From the IMG/VR virus record IMGVR_UViG_2526164646_000006: DNA of 23,456 nucleotides. One strand, written 5' to 3'. Position numbers and translations under genes: made by a program. This DNA is from a virus. Its lineage: Duplodnaviria > Heunggongvirae > Uroviricota > Caudoviricetes. Shown here piece by piece: positions 1-7,797 of this stretch (position 1 is its first letter; each line of letters starts with the position of its first letter). The notes below the pieces were generated by a model that did no database searches, was not told the DNA's origin, and saw only the letters and a program-made list of their open reading frames with translations.

Positions 1-206
1 CGATAACCATACGTGGGCAGCTCTCCGATAACATGGTGTATACGGAGAAGCACATCCGTATCATCAGTGTGACGACTGCGGCGGCCATCCATCCAGTCAT
101 CGGTTCGTCTGAGAATGACGTGCAACTGCGCACGCGACACCCGGAGACAACGGCTGACTAAGCTTACTCCCCATCCCCGGGCAATAAGGGCGCGTGCGCT
201 ATCCAC
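1..206 (-). CDS. insD: IS2 insD (orfB transposase), 5' portion only, cut by window edge
   Basis: Minus-strand translation from GTG at 206 reads [38 protein letters not shown]..., -1 frame relative to insC. Confidence 0.8.
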   Translation of the reverse strand, partial: MDSARALIARGWGVSLVSRCLRVSRAQLHVILRRTDDWMDGRRSRHTDDTDVLLRIHHVIGELPTYGY

Positions 207-528
207 TTTTTTGCCCGTCCATATTCAACGGCTTCTTTGAGGAGTTCATTTTCCATCGTTTTCTTGCCGAGCAGGCGCTGGAGTTCTTTAATCTGCTTCA
301 TGGCGGCAGCAAGTTCAGAGGCAGGAACAACCTGTTCTCCGGCGGCCACAGCAGTAAGACTTCCTTCCTGGTATTGCTTACGCCAGAGAATAACTGGCTG
401 GCTGCTACACCATGTTGCCGGGCAACGAGGGAGACCGTCATCCCCGGTTCAAAGCTCTGCTGAACAATTGCGATCTTTTCCTGTGTGGTACGCCGTCTGC
501 GTTTCTCCGGCCCTAAGACATCAATCAT
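164..528 (-). pseudogene. insC: IS2 insC (orfA) split across two reading frames by an apparent 1-nt deletion
   Basis: ORF 298-573 carries the InsC N-terminus ([13 protein letters not shown]...ASQLF) and ORF 164-349 the C-terminus (...[12 protein letters not shown]...PGDGE) in a different frame; the junction lies near 381-396. Confidence 0.7.
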
Positions 529-616
529 CTGTTCTCCAATGACTAGTCTAAAAACTAGTATTAAGACTATCACTTAAATAAGTGATACTGGTTGTCTGGA
601 GATTCAGGGGGCCAGT

Positions 617-1216
617 CTAGACCTTTAATGCCTCATAGAAGCAACCTTTCAGATTGTTGAACTGACGCCCATTTAGCAGGCCGTGTTCAGTCAGCATGTT
701 GTGTAATTTCCATGCCGCGTCGTTTACTTCGCTGGATGACAGGGGAGGCAACTTGTAAGTTTGGCTTACAGTTTCGGCACCATGAAGCATGGCGTCGCTC
801 CGCTCTATGCCATCCAGCGCGATTCGCAGTGCCTGAATTGTGGTAGAGCTATCGTTTGGGGCTATTCCATATCGCTCGAATACAGCTAAATGGTTGCGCA
901 TAATCTCAGGCGTAAGCTCTTTGTAAGCATAAGCAAGAGGCTCTGATGCATTATCCGGCACAACCGACGCAGGCGCGGCAGCATAAACAGGAATAACGTC
1001 CGCTTGCTCTTTATTGCTTTCATCCGTTAAAGCCCAGAATAATTTCCCGGCAGGATGTTTGAAAATATAAGCAACTGGTTCTGCTTCCAGCGATGCCAGA
1101 GCAATTCGTGCCAGTTCTTCCGCTTCTTCTGCTGGCAGTTCAACGTTGCTACCAGGTCCGTATGTTTCGCGCCACTGCTTGATTGTCAGTAGTCGCTCTT
1201 TGGTCATAGTGGTCAT
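617..1216 (-). CDS. hypothetical phage protein (199 aa) whose stop codon is supplied by the first 3 nt of IS2; probably C-terminally truncated
   Basis: ATG at 1216 directly after the upstream stop with AAGGAGAG RBS; ORF ends with TAG at 617-619, which is the start of the IS2 terminal repeat. Confidence 0.6.
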   Translation of the reverse strand: MTTMTKERLLTIKQWRETYGPGSNVELPAEEAEELARIALASLEAEPVAYIFKHPAGKLFWALTDESNKEQADVIPVYAAAPASVVPDNASEPLAYAYKELTPEIMRNHLAVFERYGIAPNDSSTTIQALRIALDGIERSDAMLHGAETVSQTYKLPPLSSSEVNDAAWKLHNMLTEHGLLNGRQFNNLKGCFYEALKV

Positions 1217-1217
1217 A

Positions 1218-1946
1218 TCACTCTCCTTTGATGCGAAAGCCAGCTGCGCTTGCTGATTCTTCATATGCGCGTTTAGCAGCGTTAAGGATTGCTGCCAGTG
1301 GCGTATAGCCGCCATCCATTCGGATTGTGTTGTGGATGCCAGCCATTGTGTTGCGCAATTTTCTGTGGCTAGCAGACAGTTCTGCTATGCGCTTCTCTGC
1401 GGCTTCCAGCTTCTCGCGCATATCGTCAACGTACTCGACCAGAGAACCGCCAGCAGGAATTTCGCACTCCTCGACCAGTTGGAAGTAGATATCAGCTGCG
1501 GCCCGTGTGTTGCTATGCCTAGCGTCGCCCATCTCACCTTCACGAAGAGCATCGCGTTCGGCGGTAAGATTGGCTATTTTGCTGTCTTTGCCTTCCAGCT
1601 CAACGCGCAGCTTCCCTACCGTTAGCGCAATTTCCTCGTTCTCCTGATCGCGGCGTTTTATGTATTGCTGGTTTCTTTCCAGCTCATCCAGCAGTGCCAG
1701 CACGGTAGCTGGACTGGCTGCGGCGATGAATTCAGCATTGGCCTGCTGTTCCATTTGGAAATCTTCATCGAAACCGCTTTCAGGATGCGCTCCTTCAATT
1801 CTGCAAATGGGAATATATCCAGCAGCCTCGCGATGAATTAGGGCATCATCACCATCAAATCGGCTCTCTCCATATTCGAGCGACCACTCACCACACGTTG
1901 CTTTCTCTGCCTTGGCACGCAGTGCCTGATAGTCAATCTTGCTCAC
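1218..1946 (-). CDS. coiled-coil protein, possibly Ead/Ea22-like
   Basis: GTG at 1946 preceded by AGGAGG with 7-nt spacer; 242 codons; coiled-coil rich; family assignment from recall only. Confidence 0.5.
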   Translation of the reverse strand: MSKIDYQALRAKAEKATCGEWSLEYGESRFDGDDALIHREAAGYIPICRIEGAHPESGFDEDFQMEQQANAEFIAAASPATVLALLDELERNQQYIKRRDQENEEIALTVGKLRVELEGKDSKIANLTAERDALREGEMGDARHSNTRAAADIYFQLVEECEIPAGGSLVEYVDDMREKLEAAEKRIAELSASHRKLRNTMAGIHNTIRMDGGYTPLAAILNAAKRAYEESASAAGFRIKGE

Positions 1947-2166
1947 TGTTTGCCTCCTTTGCTCGCTGATTCCACTCTGCTCTAACCTCTGAATAAAAAA
2001 TCGCGCAGTCATTTCCAGGCGCTGCATATTTGCTACCAGATTGAGCGCGACACGTACCGCATCGAACGAAATAGAATCGACCGCCAGAGCCATATTCAGG
2101 GTGATCTGCTTCGCTGGCAACGTGCGCTGCACCGCCACAGAATGGACATGGTAGTAGGTTGCTCAT
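1933..2166 (-). CDS. Lar-family restriction-alleviation-like small zinc-ribbon protein
   Basis: Translation [12 protein letters not shown]...CGTC... with paired Cys motifs; start ATG overlaps upstream stop as ATGA at 2163-2166. Confidence 0.55.
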   Translation of the reverse strand: MSNLLPCPFCGGAAHVASEADHPEYGSGGRFYFVRCGTCRAQSGSKYAAPGNDCAIFYSEVRAEWNQRAKEANSEQD

Positions 2167-2723
2167 GAATGCACTCCCTTGTGAAGCTGTTCCGCACAAT
2201 GCAGCAGGGCGTCAGTCGCCTCTTTCACCGTAACGCAGTCGCCATCGTCCAGCCCGGACACCGACGCGTGCTTAACGAACGCCGCGCAAAGGTCATCAAA
2301 CGCCTTAGCCCGGACTTCAGTCAGGAAAGCATCGGTGGCTGGGGTGTCTGATTGCATAGACTTTGCGCGATAGTCATTCCACCCTCTTGCATACATGGGA
2401 TTAACTTGCACTCCATCTTTTACGCAATATGCCTGCCCTCCACGGTTGATAACCTTGATTTCGTCCATAGCGCCAGACTTCAGCCCCGCATTCTCCGCTG
2501 CCAGTGCCGAAAACTTCTCGTGTGCCAACTTAACAGCCGAATCAGCCTGCTTAATTGACTCAATCGCTTTCTGTTGGTCTTCGGCCAGCGCCAAAATCTT
2601 GGCCTCCGCTTCAGCAAATTTACGCACCAGATATTCAGCGTTTGTTTCGTTAACATTTAAATCTCGTGGGATGCATTTACCTTTCAGAAAACCATCCATC
2701 TCAATTAGTGACATTTGTTTCAT
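2163..2723 (-). CDS. hypothetical protein (186 aa)
   Basis: Open frame starting [11 protein letters not shown]...; ATG overlaps upstream stop (ATGA at 2720-2723). Confidence 0.6.
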   Translation of the reverse strand: MKQMSLIEMDGFLKGKCIPRDLNVNETNAEYLVRKFAEAEAKILALAEDQQKAIESIKQADSAVKLAHEKFSALAAENAGLKSGAMDEIKVINRGGQAYCVKDGVQVNPMYARGWNDYRAKSMQSDTPATDAFLTEVRAKAFDDLCAAFVKHASVSGLDDGDCVTVKEATDALLHCAEQLHKGVHS

Positions 2724-2902
2724 TTCTTCCCACTCCGCCACATCGCATTCAGATATTTGTTTTGATTCACTGATGGAAACGAGTTTCGCTTAAGCAATTC
2801 CTCTCTCGATGGCATTGGCTTTACGCGTTGGCGAATAATCATTTCTGCCGGAAGAATGCCGGGATTGTATGCAAGTCCTCTCATGGTAAATTCCTCAGTC
2901 AT
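2720..2902 (-). CDS. small hypothetical protein (60 aa)
   Basis: ATG at 2902 overlapping end of upstream gene; no clear RBS; likely translationally coupled. Confidence 0.35.
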   Translation of the reverse strand: MTEEFTMRGLAYNPGILPAEMIIRQRVKPMPSREELLKRNSFPSVNQNKYLNAMWRSGKK

Positions 2903-3191
2903 TACTGATAGCGCCATAGCGTGATCGATAATTACGCAGACGCGGGTCGATATATTCAGGGAAGTGGGTATATGTGGCTTTGCGGAATGGTCGGATTGAT
3001 GTCTGGTAAATTCGCTCGCGTTCTTCTTTCTCTGCAAGCCATATACAGTGGCGAAATTCCTTTTCCTCTTTCGTTTCCTGCGGTAGCGACATTATCCGAT
3101 CGTAGTTTTTTCTGAATTTATCCAGCACCTCCGATACGGAATTGCCGGAACAGCGGCGCGGGTCATCCGCACCATACAGAGGCGCTGGCAT
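2895..3191 (-). CDS. hypothetical protein (98 aa)
   Basis: ATG at 3191 with AGGAG RBS 6 nt upstream. Confidence 0.55.
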   Translation of the reverse strand: MPAPLYGADDPRRCSGNSVSEVLDKFRKNYDRIMSLPQETKEEKEFRHCIWLAEKEERERIYQTSIRPFRKATYTHFPEYIDPRLRNYRSRYGAISND

Positions 3192-3207
3192 GTTTTTCTC
3201 CTGTTGA

Positions 3208-3756
3208 TTATTTAGCTAACTTTTTCCAGATCGCTGAAACGTATTTGGCTTGGTGAATGGCATCATCAAGAGCGTTGTGGCGAGTTCCTTTGAATGGCAT
3301 ATCTCGCTTAGGGTCGAATCCTATTGCCTTCCCAAGTTCGACGATTGTTCTTACGTCGCGGTCATTCCACCACTGCCACGGAACTGGCTGCCCTGTCAGC
3401 GAATAACTGTTGCGGAGAATAACGCAGTCAAATGATGCTCCATTCCCCCAAACCTGAACGAATTTGTGGTTAGCGTTCTTTATGATGAATTCAGATAACC
3501 ATGAAAGAGCCGTTGAAAGCTCCTGAGTGTTGCTGGTTAGCGATTTCCTGGCTTCTTCACTCTGTTCCAGCCACCATAAAATCGTTGAAGCGTCAGGACG
3601 CGCTCGATATCGCATTGATGATTCAAGCGAGATATTTACCGAGAACTCTTCTCCTGTTTCTCCGGTATTCGGGTCAAAGAATACCGCCCCAATAGAAATA
3701 ACTGGCGCGTATGGCCCGTTGCCCATTGTTTCAAGGTCAACCATCAAGTGATTCAT
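3208..3756 (-). CDS. DnaQ-like DEDDh 3'-5' exonuclease
   Basis: Motifs DLETMG, FD and HNALDDA in the translation; sits beside SSB and the annealase. Confidence 0.75.
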   Translation of the reverse strand: MNHLMVDLETMGNGPYAPVISIGAVFFDPNTGETGEEFSVNISLESSMRYRARPDASTILWWLEQSEEARKSLTSNTQELSTALSWLSEFIIKNANHKFVQVWGNGASFDCVILRNSYSLTGQPVPWQWWNDRDVRTIVELGKAIGFDPKRDMPFKGTRHNALDDAIHQAKYVSAIWKKLAK

Positions 3757-3764
3757 GTAAGTCC

Positions 3765-4280
3765 TTAAATTGCGTGAATAGCGTGACGAGGGAAGGGGAG
3801 AGTTACTGGTGCAAAGGGGATATCGTCGTCAAAATCCATAGGTGGTTCGCTGTGATTTCCCTGCTGCTGAGGTTGCTGTCTTTGTTGCTGACCATTATTT
3901 CGCTGAGGTGAAGACTGTTCATTGCCTCCTTGCTTGCCACCAAGCATTTGCATGGTTCCACCAACGCCCACGATGACTTCGGTAGTGAACCGATCCTGTC
4001 CGCTTTGATCCTGCCATTTTCTTGTCCGCAATTTGCCTTCAAGATAAACCTCAGAGCCTTTTCGCAGATATTCGCTGGCAATTTCTGCCAGTTTCCCGCT
4101 CATTACCACGCGGTGCCACTCCGTCTGCTCCTTTTGCTCTCCAGTTTTCTTATCACGCCATTGTTCTGACGTAGCAACGGTAAGGTTTGCAAATGCCGTT
4201 CCTGATGGTGAATATCTGATTTCTGGATCATGCCCAAGGCGACCAATAATGATCACCTTATTTACGCCTCTGCTTGCCAT
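3765..4280 (-). CDS. ssb: single-stranded DNA-binding protein with 15-residue extension after the DDDIPF tail
   Basis: OB-fold SSB N-terminus, Gly/Gln-rich linker, [10 protein letters not shown] followed by [15 protein letters not shown] before the TAA at 3765-3767. Confidence 0.9.
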   Translation of the reverse strand: MASRGVNKVIIIGRLGHDPEIRYSPSGTAFANLTVATSEQWRDKKTGEQKEQTEWHRVVMSGKLAEIASEYLRKGSEVYLEGKLRTRKWQDQSGQDRFTTEVIVGVGGTMQMLGGKQGGNEQSSPQRNNGQQQRQQPQQQGNHSEPPMDFDDDIPFAPVTLPFPRHAIHAI

Positions 4281-4988
4281 TTATGCCGCCTGTTTTAGTT
4301 CGTTAACTCTGATGTTCATTACCTGAACGCATTTAGCCTGCGCCTCCTCGTTGCCAGCCATTAATTGCCAGTCACGCTGATAACGCTCGATGAGTTTTTT
4401 CTTGTCAGTTTCTGTTGACGCATAATCGCTGAAGTCTTTCAGGATTTGTTCGCAGTCAACCGATGGAGATTTCTGGTTGGTATTTTCTGGTGATGGTTTG
4501 TTATCTGATGCTGGGATTGCCCATCCCGGCAGCGATGGAGGGAGCCAGTAAAATCCTGTTCCATCCTTGAGTTTTGCCCTGTGCCATCCCTGCTTTTTAT
4601 CGAGAGATGTTTGTGCAAAACCTTCCTCAAGGTTATACAGATACCGACCGATCCCCCACTGAACGGCAGCGCGCTTCATTGCACCGGAACGACCACCTTT
4701 GACGGCTTCTACCTGCGTGTTTTCAGCAGCATCCCATTTGGTTACCCATTCGGAATCAATCCTGATTGATATGCCGCATTCAACGCCTCCGTTGTTGGGA
4801 ATATCGCGGTATTCATTGCGCCATCCTGCTTTGCCGCAAACATCGTCCAGGCGTTTCATGATTGCCCGGTTCGTGACATAAGCCAGCACCATAGCCCACA
4901 CTTTGCCATCGCGTGTTTTACCGCTTTGCTGTATTCGCCATTCGATATCTTCAGGGCTGAATGGCTTATCGAATTTATTCAAATCCAT
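4281..4988 (-). CDS. Rad52/22-family single-strand annealing recombinase
   Basis: 235 aa; central region resembles Rad52-type annealases; GAGGTGA RBS; stop abuts ssb start. Confidence 0.65.
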   Translation of the reverse strand: MDLNKFDKPFSPEDIEWRIQQSGKTRDGKVWAMVLAYVTNRAIMKRLDDVCGKAGWRNEYRDIPNNGGVECGISIRIDSEWVTKWDAAENTQVEAVKGGRSGAMKRAAVQWGIGRYLYNLEEGFAQTSLDKKQGWHRAKLKDGTGFYWLPPSLPGWAIPASDNKPSPENTNQKSPSVDCEQILKDFSDYASTETDKKKLIERYQRDWQLMAGNEEAQAKCVQVMNIRVNELKQAA

Positions 4989-5087
4989 AATTCACCTCAG
5001 AATGGACATGGCCCAAGGAAATAACGCTGGTTTAATACTTCGACTCTGGACAAATTAAGGCATACCCGCATTCCTTCGCGGTCACCA

Positions 5088-5246
5088 TTATGGCGATACC
5101 AGAGAGCTTTCTGCGTGTACATGCGTCTCTGTAACTTGCTCTCCTTCACTGTGGTTGCAAGTGACATGAATATCTCCTTCGTTACCGATTAATTCTTTCA
5201 TATGACGAATGAATTCTTCGTCTGACCAGTTATCTGTAAAACTCAT
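5088..5246 (-). CDS. small hypothetical protein (52 aa)
   Basis: ATG at 5246 overlaps the Kil-like stop (ATGA). Confidence 0.3.
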   Translation of the reverse strand: MSFTDNWSDEEFIRHMKELIGNEGDIHVTCNHSEGEQVTETHVHAESSLVSP

Positions 5247-5395
5247 TTCCTGCGACACCACGGAAGGTTGATAGCTGATTTCATCGCTTTATTTGCTTCA
5301 AGCCACATTTTTGAATCACCAATAAATCTGGCTATTACTGCTTTGTTCTGTGCAGCACGAAGCATCTGATGATTTATGGCTATTTCATTGCGCAT
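5243..5395 (-). CDS. kil: Kil-like small protein (50 aa)
   Basis: Translation MRNEIAINHQMLRAAQNKAVIARFIGDSKMW... with position immediately downstream of cIII. Confidence 0.45.
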   Translation of the reverse strand: MRNEIAINHQMLRAAQNKAVIARFIGDSKMWLEANKAMKSAINLPWCRRK

Positions 5396-5511
5396 AATAA
5401 GACCTCAACTCTTTTCCATCCGTCACGTAATTTACGGGTGATTCGTTCAAGTAAAGATTCATTTAGTTGGAAGGCACCCATGCGAGCGCCTCCCGCGATT
5501 GCGTAAATCAT
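5380..5511 (-). CDS. cIII: CIII-like small protein (43 aa)
   Basis: Contains ESLLERITRKLRDGWKR, matching the lambda CIII core as recalled; AAGGAA RBS. Confidence 0.7.
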   Translation of the reverse strand: MIYAIAGGARMGAFQLNESLLERITRKLRDGWKRVEVLLCAMK

Positions 5512-5535
5512 GGGTGGTTCCTTATGTTGGTTTTA

Positions 5536-6504
5536 TTAGTAGGTTATTTTTGTTGCGAATACTTCGCCTTTTACGATGGCTGTTATGATATTTTTAGCAA
5601 CATCTTCTGATGCACCAACCTTGATAAGGTCAGCAAGTATTTTGTTATTTACTTCTTTCCGGTGAGCTTTATCCTTTGCTCTACGCTCTTCTTCTTCCTT
5701 GATTCTTTTTTCTTCTGCTATTCTGGCTTGCTCTTTTGCTTCAGCATCGCGACGGATTCGTTCAGCCTCCTCCTGTGCTTTTCTGCGTTCTGCTTCAATT
5801 GCTGCCTGCTTTTCTCTTTCAGCTCGTTCTGCTGCCTCTTTTGCTTCGCGCTGTGCTCGCTGCTCGGCTTCAATGCGTTCACGCTCTGCACGTTCCGCTG
5901 CGGCCTTAGCTTCTGCTTCTCGCCTTGCTGCTGCTTCAATTTCGGCTTTTGCCTTTGCTTCGGCTTCTGCTCTGGCTTTCTCTTCAGCTTCTCTTTTTAA
6001 GCGTTCTTCATGCTCTCGCTTTTCCTGCTCCGCTTTGAGTCTTGCCTCTTCTCTTTGGCGGTCAAATTCGCGATCCATCAAAATAGCTATTTCATGGTCA
6101 GACTCAATTTGCTTTGCGAGAGCTTCAGCTGCTGCCTTAGCTTCTTCTTCGGCTTTAATCCGCGCCTGTTCTTCCTCATAATCAGTAAGAGGCTGGCGCG
6201 CCTTGGCTTTCAGTTCATCAAGGCGATCGCGCACTGTCTTGCGGTTAGCATCAATTAGCTTTGGAATTTCCTTCAGTTCAGCAACAAGGTCTTTGCCAAG
6301 ACCATCGAGATATGTTTTCGTCTGCGCAACTTTATACGCCAGAGAAGCGATCTCCTTTCTGCCCTTTGCCGTTGTGATATCAGGCACAAAGGACATAACT
6401 TCACGTTCAACCTTTTGAAGGATTTCTTCAATCTGGTCGGCAGACTGAAATACAGTCATTGCATTTGCTTTTTCAATAACAACTAAATCTGTTACTTCAC
6501 TCAT
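5536..6504 (-). CDS. charged coiled-coil protein with E/A/K/R-rich low-complexity core (322 aa)
   Basis: ATG at 6504 with GGAGGA RBS; long AEAKAKAE/ERAERE repetitive segment. Confidence 0.6.
   Translation of the reverse strand: MSEVTDLVVIEKANAMTVFQSADQIEEILQKVEREVMSFVPDITTAKGRKEIASLAYKVAQTKTYLDGLGKDLVAELKEIPKLIDANRKTVRDRLDELKAKARQPLTDYEEEQARIKAEEEAKAAAEALAKQIESDHEIAILMDREFDRQREEARLKAEQEKREHEERLKREAEEKARAEAEAKAKAEIEAAARREAEAKAAAERAERERIEAEQRAQREAKEAAERAEREKQAAIEAERRKAQEEAERIRRDAEAKEQARIAEEKRIKEEEERRAKDKAHRKEVNNKILADLIKVGASEDVAKNIITAIVKGEVFATKITY
5607..6117 (-). repeat. imperfect short tandem repeats encoding the E/A/K/R-rich segment
   Basis: Recurrent gcttctgc/ttcggcttc-type units on the plus strand; produces low-complexity shadow ORFs in other frames. 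Confidence 0.5.
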
Positions 6505-6514
6505 ATATCCTCCG

Positions 6515-6545
6515 TCAAAAAAATTGCCCTCACACTGGAGGGCAA
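6515..6545 (-). terminator. intrinsic terminator just upstream of the coiled-coil gene
   Basis: Minus-strand 8-bp stem (6524-6531 / 6538-6545) with 6-nt loop followed by a U-run (plus-strand A-run 6515-6523). Confidence 0.5.
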
Positions 6546-6679
6546 AGAAGATTTCCAATAATCAGAACAAGTCGGCTCCTGTTTAGTTACGAGCGACATT
6601 GCTCCGTGTATTCACTCGTTGGAATGAATACACAGTGCAGTGTTTATTCTGTTGTTTATGCCAAAAATAAAGGCCACCG

Positions 6680-6880
6680 TCAGGCAGCCTTGTTGTTCAG
6701 TTTACCAAGTTCTCTGGCAATCATTGCCGTCGTTCGTATTGCCCATTTATCGACATATTTCCCATCTTCCATTACAGGAAACATTTCTTCAGGCTTAACC
6801 ATGCATTCCGATTGCAGCTTGCATCCATTGCATCGCTTGAATTGTCCACACCATTGATTTTTATCAATGGTCGTAGTCAT
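6680..6880 (-). CDS. ral: Ral restriction-alleviation protein
   Basis: 66-aa translation MTTTIDKNQWCGQFKRCNGCKLQSECMVKPEEMFPVMEDGKYVDKWAIRTTAMIARELGK matches lambda Ral as recalled. Confidence 0.9.
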   Translation of the reverse strand: MTTTIDKNQWCGQFKRCNGCKLQSECMVKPEEMFPVMEDGKYVDKWAIRTTAMIARELGKLNNKAA

Positions 6881-6950
6881 ACGGATAGTCCTGGTATTGT
6901 TCCATCACATCCTGAGGATGCTCTTCGAACTCTTCAAATTCTTCTTCCAT
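6864..6950 (-). CDS. small acidic ORF (28 aa) between N and ral
   Basis: MEEEFEEFEEHPQDVMEQYQDYPYDYDH; stop overlaps ral start. Confidence 0.4.
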   Translation of the reverse strand: MEEEFEEFEEHPQDVMEQYQDYPYDYDH

Positions 6951-6958
6951 ATATCACC

Positions 6959-7285
6959 TCAAATAAGTGGTTTGCTGCCTAATTTCATTTTCTGGCGACC
7001 AACACAAGTCACACCCATTTCACTGCGTGGCTTGCTGTACCATGTGCGCTGATTCTTGCGCTCAATACGCTGCAGGTTGCTTTCAATCTGTTCGTGGTAT
7101 TCAGCCAGCACCGTAAGGTCTATCGGATTCAGTGCGCTTTCTACTCGTGATTTCGGTTTGCGATTCAGCGAGAGAATAGGGCGGTTAACTGGTTTTGCGC
7201 TTACCCCAACCAACAGGGGATTTGCTGCTTTCCATTGAGCCTGTTTCTCTGCGCGACGTTCGCGGCGGCGTGTTTGAGAGTCCAT
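6959..7285 (-). CDS. N: N transcription antitermination protein
   Basis: 108 aa; MDSQTRRRERRAEKQAQWKAANPLL... arginine-rich motif and near identity to lambda N as recalled; GAGGA RBS. Confidence 0.95.
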   Translation of the reverse strand: MDSQTRRRERRAEKQAQWKAANPLLVGVSAKPVNRPILSLNRKPKSRVESALNPIDLTVLAEYHEQIESNLQRIERKNQRTWYSKPRSEMGVTCVGRQKMKLGSKPLI

Positions 7286-7326
7286 ATATCATCCTCAGAT
7301 AAATGGCCCCTCAGCGGGGCCGACAG

Positions 7327-7455
7327 TTATTGGCAGGTTGCGTACTTGCTGATGCAGGAGAAGATTTCCACGATTCGCGTCATTGTTGTTTCAGGACGCT
7401 TTGCTTCATCACGCATTGACTTCAACCAAGCCATAAAGTGTTCGTTATGTTTCAT
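7327..7455 (-). CDS. small ORF (42-44 aa) in the N leader
   Basis: ATG at 7455 six nt after AGGAG (second ATG at 7461); ends 40 nt before N. Confidence 0.3.
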   Translation of the reverse strand: MKHNEHFMAWLKSMRDEAKRPETTMTRIVEIFSCISKYATCQ

Positions 7456-7473
7456 GTTCATCTCCTGTCAGTT

Positions 7474-7703
7474 AGCTTTGGTGGTGTGGTGGCTGGTAGT
7501 CTAGCTCCAGCTTGTTGAGTCTCATTCGGAGGGGTATAACCGGCACCCCAGCGATTTTTCCATGCGACAACGTGCGCGTTATGGCGGCCTTATCGCCCGC
7601 GGCTCCCCATCTCGTCCACGCTATTGCTAGCGTTGGGAGCGCTTCACCGCTCAACAGTAGGTAAGCACTTGCCAGTGACTAGCTGGCTTCACCACACCCC
7701 AAA
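7474..7703 (-). promoter_or_regulatory. N-leader long-range inverted repeat, candidate RNase III-type regulatory stem
   Basis: About 30-nt imperfect inverted repeats at 7474-7510 and 7668-7703 enclosing a GC-rich segment with local hairpins. Confidence 0.45.
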
Positions 7704-7722
7704 GCCTTCTGCTTTGAATGCT

Positions 7723-7752
7723 GCCCTTCTTCAGGGCTTAATTTTTAAGAGC
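7723..7752 (-). promoter_or_regulatory. nutL (boxA + boxB)
   Basis: Minus strand reads GCTCTTAAAAATTAA then GCCCTGAAGAAGGGC. Confidence 0.85.
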
Positions 7753-7797
7753 CTCACCTTCATGGTGGTCAGTGCGTCCTGCTGATGGCTTAAAATT

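Larger units (their letters stand above)
1..619 (-). mobile_element. IS2 (IS3 family), partial copy; terminal inverted repeat ends at 619 and the element continues past the window start
   Basis: Minus strand from 619 reads TAGACTGGCCCCCTGAATCTCCAGACAACC, the IS2 terminal repeat as recalled; InsC and the InsD N-terminus are recognisable in translation; A6G slippery heptamer at 206-212. Confidence 0.9.

Noticed and set aside
194-542. Plus-strand ORFs of 89 and 101 aa
   Set aside because: Antisense to IS2 insC.
2903-3037. Upstream portion of the 105-aa ORF 2720-3037
   Set aside because: Overlaps the better-supported gene 2895-3191 in a different frame; only the part from the internal ATG at 2902 was kept.
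5662-6418. Several plus-strand ORFs with Cys/Phe/Leu-rich or Ser/Ala-rich translations
   Set aside because: They are alternative-frame and antisense readings of the repetitive coiled-coil gene on the minus strand; low-complexity artefacts.
7472-7654. 60-aa minus-strand ORF inside the N leader
   Set aside because: Starts at a TTG with no RBS and has a low-complexity translation; the region is better explained as structured leader RNA.
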